A stretch of 12,761 nucleotides of DNA from Fibrobacterota bacterium. Its GTDB lineage: Bacteria > Fibrobacterota > Fibrobacteria > UBA11236. The DNA lies in contig JAYUVP010000097.1 in assembly GCA_043753995.1 (NCBI GenBank), forward strand, positions 1 through 12,761, in the 5' to 3' direction. Of the stretch, positions 1 through 6,551 are shown piece after piece (positions within the stretch are counted from its first letter, which is position 1; each line of letters starts with the position of its first letter). The translations under genes and the position numbers were made by a program. The notes beneath the pieces are model-generated. The model was not told the origin of the DNA, did no database searches, and saw only the letters and a list, made by a program, of their open reading frames with translations.

Positions 1-181
1 GGAATGGACCGCGCGTTTCGGAAAGGCGGCAAAAGCACAAGGCGATCTTCATTATTATCCCAGCGATCAACCCGATTCGACGCAGTTGGAATATTTTCAA
101 CATCGCTGGAAAATCATGATTTATGCTCCTGGAAACCAAATTCAAAAAATCACTTTCGAAGAGAATTTCGATGATTGCTGA
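1..181 (+). CDS. 3' end of a hypothetical protein (5'-truncated by the window edge; not in the ORF track)
   Basis: The frame starting at nt 2 is open and reads EWTARFGKAAKAQGDLHYYPSDQPDSTQLEYFQHRWKIMIYAPGNQIQKITFEENFDDC*, with TGA at 179-181. The stop overlaps the likely ATG (171) of the next gene by 11 nt, typical of operon coupling. Confidence 0.7.
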   Translation, partial: EWTARFGKAAKAQGDLHYYPSDQPDSTQLEYFQHRWKIMIYAPGNQIQKITFEENFDDC

Positions 182-914
182 TCCCAAGCTGATAGTTTTC
201 CGGTGGTTTATCTCCTTGGCCCTGACCAGCCTAATAATCTTGGGCTGCCAAAAGAAAAGCGAAACCGCCCAAACCGACCGACCTGATTCGAATGCCGTGC
301 CGAGCTCGGCTGCCATTCCGGAGCAGGATTCCATTGTGGACGCATCCGATTCCGACCTATCCCCTTCCCCATCCGCTTCCGCCAATTCAAATCATTCGCG
401 AATGCTTGGCGAGGACCAGCAACGCGAAATCGTTGGCCAATTGGTGGCATTGGGCTTGGGCTCGCAAGCCTCGGATTCGCTTTTCGCATCCATCAGCGCA
501 GATTCTACCCAAGCCCTTGAATTTTCGCAAAGCGACGTGGAATTCGACGGCAAACCCGGCAAGGAAAAAATTTCCTGGTGGGGCTTTCAATCCGGGTTGG
601 GCGATGCCATTCAGAGAATCTATTGGCTAGTGGTTTCCAAAGGCGACGCGCCCGCAAAATCGTTGGCCTATTACCTCATTATCTTGCCCTATTGCGACGC
701 ATCCGAACAAGGCACGGCGGCCCTGAAATTATCGCCTTGGGAAAATCAAATTCAACAAATCCTCATTGAAAAAAATCAATCGCTTTCTTGTGGCGGCCAA
801 TTGGCGGGAGCCCAGCAAACCGACACACTTCGCTTCATTTCCGGGCAAATCCTCTACCGTGAGGGCAAAAACCTGTCCACCGGTGAAACCGATAAAATGG
901 AAATTCCTGAGTAA
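171..914 (+). CDS. Hypothetical lipoprotein
   Basis: The ORF track starts it at 123, but ATG 171 gives a normal-length signal peptide (MIADPKLIVFRWFISLALTSLIILG|C) with lipobox ILGC (Cys26, nt 246-248) and avoids a long overlap with the upstream ORF. A Ser/Pro/Asp-rich linker precedes a beta-rich domain with two further Cys and a DxxDGxxGxE-like loop (DVEFDGKPGKE). Confidence 0.75.
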   Translation: MIADPKLIVFRWFISLALTSLIILGCQKKSETAQTDRPDSNAVPSSAAIPEQDSIVDASDSDLSPSPSASANSNHSRMLGEDQQREIVGQLVALGLGSQASDSLFASISADSTQALEFSQSDVEFDGKPGKEKISWWGFQSGLGDAIQRIYWLVVSKGDAPAKSLAYYLIILPYCDASEQGTAALKLSPWENQIQQILIEKNQSLSCGGQLAGAQQTDTLRFISGQILYREGKNLSTGETDKMEIPE

Positions 915-953
915 GCCATGACGAAGATTTTGTTACCCCATCGAGGATAGACT

Positions 954-1313
954 GTGGCTGAAGAATCACTTCCGATTTCCCATTCCGGAGCGCATGTCTT
1001 TGTCATGAGCCGCTCAGCCTTGGTTTTGAGATTAACCCCGGCCAGCGTACCCCAGGGCGATGCGGTCACCGTGCGCTTGATCAGCACGGAAGGTCCGACC
1101 TATGAACAAATACTCTATCCGCATGAGGATTCCTCCCTGGAAGAAGGCATGATGGAACTGGTTTTCCTGGGTGTTTTTACCGAAGGAAAATATTCCTTGG
1201 AAGTCGATCCCAGTTACGGCAAAAAGAAATACTGGATTTTCCAGGAAAAGGCTTTTTCGGAATTGACCGGCTTGAATGCCCCGGCTTCAGGAGGAGATTC
1301 CCATGGCGTTTAA
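954..1313 (+). CDS. Small acidic hypothetical protein, predicted beta-sandwich
   Basis: GTG start with GAGGA Shine-Dalgarno at 943-947. 119 aa with alternating hydrophobic strands (LVLRL, VTVRLIS, MELVF, YSLEVDP, YWIF). The stop overlaps the next start by 11 nt. Confidence 0.7.
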   Translation: MAEESLPISHSGAHVFVMSRSALVLRLTPASVPQGDAVTVRLISTEGPTYEQILYPHEDSSLEEGMMELVFLGVFTEGKYSLEVDPSYGKKKYWIFQEKAFSELTGLNAPASGGDSHGV

Positions 1314-2334
1314 CGATGTACTCAGCGTATTGAGCTCAGGCATCGATGCTTTGGGAGTTCCTGCGCTCAACCTTTTAGGCTTCGAGGAGAGGCGCATCAT
1401 TATCGGTCGCGGTGCTGATTTTCGCGATGAGGATTTGGCCGTTCGCCCGGCGGAGACCAGCTTTCAAATATTTGATTATTTAGCCCGCCATTTGGGAGCC
1501 GACTTTCATCGCAATTCCGATGGCACCGCCGAATTCACCGACAATAGACAGCATGTGCACTTTACCCTTGAGGAAGTGATACAGAAAAACCAATTCAAGG
1601 ATGCTTTGGAAACTCCCGACACCATGGTGATTTATGCGGGCCATTCGCGTTATGGCCGCGGCACTTGCTTCGATCCCGCCACTCCGCCGACGCAGGAACA
1701 TGGAGAGCACTGGGAAAACGGCTCTGGAGACACCGACGGTATTTTTCGACTTGGCTATCCCTTTGTTGCCGTGGACTTGGGAGACATTCGCCATCACCAA
1801 TACACGAGCCATCCCCTGCGTGTCGAAGATTCCGTCCCTCCGACTGCCGATCGGGACCTGGATGCCCGGCGCGGTCTTTCACGGTTTACCATGCCACCCG
1901 ATTTGCGAGCCTTTGTGGCCGCGGATCATGTGTCGCCCTCCAATCAATACTGGGGCTTTCGCGCGGGTGGCGAAATCAATTTGATCATGCGCGCCGATTG
2001 GCAAAACACCCTTTCGACGCCTTTCGATTTGGGAGCGACCCAATTGAATTGCCGTTGCTTTTGCCATTTCGGCTGCGACTCCCGCGATCATTTTCGCGCC
2101 ATCGTACGCGGCACGGATCGTAAAAATTGGGTGCGCGATAATCCGGCCACGACCCGGTTCGCTTATTTCACCACGAATCTCTCCGATTGCCAGGCACCCC
2201 CTTTTTGGTTGCGGTGCTGGCTAACTTACCGACATGAGAATGCATTTCAATCGTGGTCGGCCAGCTTGGAAAACGCCAAGCAACGCACGAATAACTTGTT
2301 GAATGCCGCCAGCGCGGGTTATCTGATTTTTTGA
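1303..2334 (+). CDS. Hypothetical protein, putative caspase-hemoglobinase fold (clan CD) cysteine peptidase
   Basis: Strong SD AGGAGGAG at 1289-1296 before ATG 1303 (preferred over 1276); 343 aa, no signal peptide. Motifs FKDALETPDTMVIYAGHSRYG (His114, nt 1642) and CFCHFGCDS (Cys258, nt 2074) match the strand-GH[GS] and strand-[AG]CxS pattern of clan CD peptidases. The CDS is secure; the function is inferred. Confidence 0.55.
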   Translation: MAFNDVLSVLSSGIDALGVPALNLLGFEERRIIIGRGADFRDEDLAVRPAETSFQIFDYLARHLGADFHRNSDGTAEFTDNRQHVHFTLEEVIQKNQFKDALETPDTMVIYAGHSRYGRGTCFDPATPPTQEHGEHWENGSGDTDGIFRLGYPFVAVDLGDIRHHQYTSHPLRVEDSVPPTADRDLDARRGLSRFTMPPDLRAFVAADHVSPSNQYWGFRAGGEINLIMRADWQNTLSTPFDLGATQLNCRCFCHFGCDSRDHFRAIVRGTDRKNWVRDNPATTRFAYFTTNLSDCQAPPFWLRCWLTYRHENAFQSWSASLENAKQRTNNLLNAASAGYLIF

Positions 2335-3083
2335 TGGAAAAAACCATGCGCCTTGCGAACTCATCGTCCTTGCCGGAACTTCCTACCCGCCTTGCGCTTT
2401 TCCTAGGCTTGACGCTCTTGTCATGGCCTGGGCGAAGCGAGTCGGTTGAGGCGACTTCCGCTACAAAGGCGTCGACAAAAGCCCTGACCACTTCGTCTTC
2501 ACATACGGAGAAATCCATGCCCACTCTCGCAGAAATTTTGCACTCATTTCCAGCGGACGACGTCAATAGCCTGGAAGATTTGGCCGATTCCATTCAAATC
2601 CGAGGCTTGGCCGAAACCCAAGAACTGATTCATTTGGTGAATGGCCCGGATGAAGGGTTGGCGCGCAAAGCCCTCTTGGTGCTGCTCAATGTCGGCCCCA
2701 TGGCTGCCCCCCCCCAACTGACCCAAATCGACACCAAGCAAGCGGGAGCTTATGCCCAAGCCTTGTCCCGCCTTTCGTCCTGGGTACAGGACTTGCGTCT
2801 GAAACAAGGCCATCAGTTGGCCTTAGCCCTGGATGATAAACGCCCTCTCCCCCCACCCAAATTGATTGGCAAGGTGGAAGGCCGCGTTCGTGGGAAAAGG
2901 GTCTGCGATCATGCCTATTTGCTCTTGCGCCAACTGCTTTTGATCGATGACAGTGAGGAAAAACAGGCCCACCAGGAAAAACTTTTTCTCGACTTGCCTG
3001 AAAACCGCCGAGATCTCGAAATCACCAAATTCAAACAACAGCGCGCCTTTACCCAAATGGAAGAGCTTTATCCGGGTGAGTAA
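2334..3083 (+). CDS. Hypothetical exported alpha-helical (HEAT/ARM-like) protein
   Basis: ATG 2334 overlaps the upstream TGA (TGATG); alternative starts are TTG 2331 and ATG 2346. Hydrophobic segment LALFLGLTLLSW is followed by a possible VEA cleavage site, a Ser/Thr linker and amphipathic helices (ELIHLVNGPDEGLARKALLVLLNVG; RVCDHAYLLLRQLL). Confidence 0.65.
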   Translation: MEKTMRLANSSSLPELPTRLALFLGLTLLSWPGRSESVEATSATKASTKALTTSSSHTEKSMPTLAEILHSFPADDVNSLEDLADSIQIRGLAETQELIHLVNGPDEGLARKALLVLLNVGPMAAPPQLTQIDTKQAGAYAQALSRLSSWVQDLRLKQGHQLALALDDKRPLPPPKLIGKVEGRVRGKRVCDHAYLLLRQLLLIDDSEEKQAHQEKLFLDLPENRRDLEITKFKQQRAFTQMEELYPGE

Positions 3084-3092
3084 ATTTTAGGC

Positions 3093-3641
3093 ATGCCCCT
3101 GAACACCGAGCCTGCTTTGTCTGGACTATTTTGGCCAGAAACGGACGGCTCACCAACTGCCATTTCCCCTTTGCCCCTGCATGTTCAGCCATTGCGAGAC
3201 TTTGTCTCCGACTCTGGCGCAGGTGCGCTTTTAATCTTTGAAGGTACCGTGCGCAATTCCGCCGATTCACGTCAAGACGTCGTCGCGCTGGAATACGAAG
3301 TCAAAACGGCTATGGCCGACAAGGTGATCCGTAAAATCATAGCGGAAACCGCTGCCGCCATCGACGTGCGCAGGATTGCCGTGGCGCATCGCAGCGGACG
3401 ATGCCAATTGGGAGAGCCAACCATAGTCATTGCTGTCTCCGCCGCGCATCGCGACGAAGCTTATCGCGCCTCGCGAACCCTTATTGATCGCCTCAAGCAT
3501 GAAGCGCCAATATGGAAACGTGAAATCTTTTCCGACGGAAGCGGAGCTTGGAGCGAAGGTTGCACGGCATGTTCCCATGTCGGGTATCACTCCAAGGCCA
3601 TGCCCCAGCCACATGCCCATACCCCAAAGGCAATGACATAA
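3093..3641 (+). CDS. moaE: Molybdopterin synthase catalytic subunit MoaE family protein
   Basis: Family motifs GALLIFEGTVRN, LEYE, HRSGRCQLGE, SAAHRDEAY and LKHEAPIWKRE are all present. The exact start codon is uncertain. Confidence 0.92.
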   Translation: MPLNTEPALSGLFWPETDGSPTAISPLPLHVQPLRDFVSDSGAGALLIFEGTVRNSADSRQDVVALEYEVKTAMADKVIRKIIAETAAAIDVRRIAVAHRSGRCQLGEPTIVIAVSAAHRDEAYRASRTLIDRLKHEAPIWKREIFSDGSGAWSEGCTACSHVGYHSKAMPQPHAHTPKAMT

Positions 3642-3644
3642 ATC

Positions 3645-4712
3645 ATGTCCCTGACCGCCTTGCTTCAACATGCCGTTTCCGGTCGCCGCCTGGAGGCCGA
3701 TGATTTGCGCGTTCTACTCTCCTCCGATGATTGGACATCCATCATCGCCGCTGGCCATCAACGTCGCAATGCCTTACACGATCCCGCTTCGGCGAGCTAT
3801 ACCGCTTTTCGGGTCATCAATTACACGAACTACTGTGATATCGATTGCAGTTTCTGCTCTTTCAAAGACGAAGTCGGTAGCCAACGGGGTTATACCCTCG
3901 ATCTTGAGACTATTGCGGCAAAAACTATTGAAGCCATAGATCTAGGTGCCGACCAGGTTTTCTTTCAGGGTGGCGTGAATCCGGAATTGCCGCTATCCTA
4001 CTACCTCGAAGCCTTGAATCTGCTGAAGAGCCGTTTCGGCGTACATGTGCGCGGCTTCTCCCCCATAGAGCTCTATCGCCTGGCGGAAAAAGAAAAACTG
4101 CCTCTCCCTGAATTATTGTCCCAACTCAAGCAGGCCGGACTCGATTCGGTGCCCGGCGCCGGTGCGGAAATTCTTTCGGATCGTATGCGCGCCAAACTTT
4201 CTCCCAAGAAATTGCCAGGCCCGCTTTTTTGCGAAGTGATGGGCGCTTGTCATGAAGCAGGCTTGCCCGGATCTTGCAATATCGTCATCGGCTCCGAAGA
4301 AAATCTGGACGATGTGGTTGAACACATGGTCTTGCTACGCGATCAACAGGACAAGACCGGCGGCTTTCTTTCCTTCGTAGCCTGGACTTTTCAGCCACAA
4401 ACCAAACGCTTCCTTGTGAGGCATGTCAAGGCTTGGGAATATTTACGCCTCGTCGCCGTCGCCCGGCTTTGGTTCGACAATATTCCGCATATCGAAGTGA
4501 GCATTTTGGGTCTAGGCAAAGAAATCGGCGAATTGGCTTTGCGCTCGGGTGCGGACGATATCAATAGCATAGTCATTGAAGAAAATGTATTGCGCTCGTC
4601 TGGCCTGAAAACCCTGCGGGCCGCCGAGCGCTTTTTGCAAGAAGCCGGATTTAAGCCCCGGCGTCGCAGTCTTAATTATGACTTCGATCGCTATGCGACC
4701 TTAGCCGATTAG
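3645..4712 (+). CDS. mqnC: CofH/MqnC-family radical SAM protein, closest to cyclic dehypoxanthine futalosine synthase (futalosine menaquinone pathway)
   Basis: INYTNYCDIDCSFCSF (CxxxCxxC), QGGVNP, FSPIE, PGAGAEIL, LRDQQDKTGGF, WTFQP and IEENV. The WTFQ and EENV motifs favour MqnC over MqnE/CofH. The family call is strong; the exact reaction is less certain. Confidence 0.72.
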   Translation: MSLTALLQHAVSGRRLEADDLRVLLSSDDWTSIIAAGHQRRNALHDPASASYTAFRVINYTNYCDIDCSFCSFKDEVGSQRGYTLDLETIAAKTIEAIDLGADQVFFQGGVNPELPLSYYLEALNLLKSRFGVHVRGFSPIELYRLAEKEKLPLPELLSQLKQAGLDSVPGAGAEILSDRMRAKLSPKKLPGPLFCEVMGACHEAGLPGSCNIVIGSEENLDDVVEHMVLLRDQQDKTGGFLSFVAWTFQPQTKRFLVRHVKAWEYLRLVAVARLWFDNIPHIEVSILGLGKEIGELALRSGADDINSIVIEENVLRSSGLKTLRAAERFLQEAGFKPRRRSLNYDFDRYATLAD

Positions 4713-6424
4713 CGCGGCCGCATGGCCGACTCGACCGCCGATTTCATACGGTCATTGATCCGCCAAGTACGCCCCAATGCATCCTTGACCAGACCGCTTG
4801 GATCGCCAAGCATTCCCGGAGATATTGCATTCACCGACGAGCTAAGCGGTTTGCCGCGCGACGAGCGTGGACGCAAAGCCGATCCCGTAAATTTCGCGGT
4901 GTCCACCGGAGCGATTTGGGAAAGGATGTAACCAAGAGCGCCGACTAGGCCAGCTTGATAGTCGATACAGACTTCCATGATTTGATAATCGCTGCGCACG
5001 TCTTTAGCAGGCGCATCGGCGGGAATGAGGGTACCTCCAATGAGTGAGCCGTGTTGGGCATTGCGGGCGGGAATGGGAATTTCCCCTTGGGGCGTTTCGG
5101 CAAGAAAAACATTACGATGATGTGGGTGTTCGGGAGAATGAGTGCAGCCACTGCAAAAGCCGGTGATGAAACTATTCTTGGCTGAATTCGCGCCCATGGT
5201 GAAATCCACTTGTTTGTAAATGAAATCATCGTAGGCATCGCTTTTCTTGGTCTTGTCGAATATAGCCGCAATGAAAGCCGAATTGCCGAGAAAGCGCATG
5301 CGGCCCCAATCACCGCCGGATCGAGTGACACCCTCGCCATTCACATTACTGCTATAAGCCTTAAGGAATTGTCCGGTGACATCGAGTTTGTCGAGCGTAG
5401 CGGCATCACCGAAATATTCACCCACATTGGCAAAGGCCAAGTCGTCATTATTGCTGTAATTGAACGCGTAGTTATGCCATTTGACTTGTGCCAAGTGGGC
5501 TTGGGCCTGTTCCTTGAAGTAAGGTTCGCCCGTAGCCATGAAAAGCTCCGACGCGGCAATCACATAGTCGTCCTGTGTTCGGGCATTGGCTCCGTAAAAA
5601 ATGGATGGTCCGGTCGACCCTTGACTACTGCCCAAATTGTTTTTCGCATAGGCAAAGGCGTAACGCGCATGTTTCAAACACAAAGTGGCATAGGCTGGGT
5701 CAAAGCGACGATAAGCCCGCGCCATGGCTGCCAAGGCTGCCGCGCAAAAGCTTGGCATGCTCGCATCCTTGGGATTCTTATACATCGGTCGCGAACCGTC
5801 TCGCTCACCACCACCCTCCACCGAAAATTTTTGGCTGTAATAGCCACTGGTGACCCACTGGGCATGCTCCCCGAACTGATCGCTTCCACCCGTACCTTTT
5901 TGGAAATAAAAGGTCGAGGAATCCTTGGCGGCTTTGATGAAAAAGTCGGTGGCATATTTTGCTTCTTCCAGCAAATCGGGAATGCCATTCGGTTTTCCAT
6001 CACCGTAATTCCAGGCATTCTTGGTTTGATAGTCGCTATAACGGAAGCCGTCATACAAGTCTTCGAAACCAGTAGGAAAAGTCAAATAAGCGCGCAAAAG
6101 AACATAGGCCGAATAAAATTGGGTTTGTCCGAACATGGGATAATCGCCGCAATCATGCCAACCACCGGTCAAGTCATAGCTTCCGTCAGCATCTTTGACA
6201 TAGCCCTCTTTGTAGTCATAATTCATGATCAACCAATTCGGGCCTTTCCCCGCCCTTTGGCCACCATAAAAACGAGTCGTCATCCATGCGGCTTTGCGAT
6301 AATCATCGGCCTTAAAGGCGGGGGCCGCAGCCGCAGCCCAGGATTCGCGGCTTTCCGTGAAAACCAGAGCGGCGCCAATCGGCAAAACCTGCCAGAACCG
6401 AATTTGTTTATGTCGCGCCACCAT
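4709..6424 (-). CDS. Glycoside hydrolase family 9 (probable endoglucanase), likely secreted
   Basis: FYGGQRAG, DLTGGWHDCGD (catalytic Asp pair), HPHHR and DVRSDYQIMEVCIDYQAGLVGAL (catalytic Glu region). N-terminal basic/hydrophobic leader, AAAGGGG SD-like sequence upstream, and no CBM seen. Confidence 0.93.
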   Translation of the reverse strand: MVARHKQIRFWQVLPIGAALVFTESRESWAAAAAPAFKADDYRKAAWMTTRFYGGQRAGKGPNWLIMNYDYKEGYVKDADGSYDLTGGWHDCGDYPMFGQTQFYSAYVLLRAYLTFPTGFEDLYDGFRYSDYQTKNAWNYGDGKPNGIPDLLEEAKYATDFFIKAAKDSSTFYFQKGTGGSDQFGEHAQWVTSGYYSQKFSVEGGGERDGSRPMYKNPKDASMPSFCAAALAAMARAYRRFDPAYATLCLKHARYAFAYAKNNLGSSQGSTGPSIFYGANARTQDDYVIAASELFMATGEPYFKEQAQAHLAQVKWHNYAFNYSNNDDLAFANVGEYFGDAATLDKLDVTGQFLKAYSSNVNGEGVTRSGGDWGRMRFLGNSAFIAAIFDKTKKSDAYDDFIYKQVDFTMGANSAKNSFITGFCSGCTHSPEHPHHRNVFLAETPQGEIPIPARNAQHGSLIGGTLIPADAPAKDVRSDYQIMEVCIDYQAGLVGALGYILSQIAPVDTAKFTGSALRPRSSRGKPLSSSVNAISPGMLGDPSGLVKDALGRTWRINDRMKSAVESAMRPR

Positions 6425-6437
6425 GGGCCCCTTTCAC

Positions 6438-6457
6438 TGGAAGCGGTAAAACTTCCA
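6438..6457. promoter_or_regulatory. Inverted repeat TGGAAG-N8-CTTCCA just upstream of the GH9 ribosome-binding site (operator or mRNA hairpin)
   Basis: TGGAAG at 6438-6443 and CTTCCA at 6452-6457, within the only intergenic gap over 100 nt in the window (6425-6551). Confidence 0.3.
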
Positions 6458-6551
6458 ACTCAAATTTCTGTATTAGCCTGTATGCGCCATAGCATAACCG
6501 TGAGGCGTGGTTTTGGTAGCCTAGCCCTTGTCAGGCGTTCGCTACAAGTAG

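Noticed and set aside
123..170. ORF-track start of the lipoprotein at 123
   Set aside because: It would overlap the upstream CDS by 59 nt and give an overlong signal peptide; ATG 171 fits better.
1276..1302. ORF-track start at 1276
   Set aside because: The strong AGGAGGAG SD lies within this stretch and points to ATG 1303.
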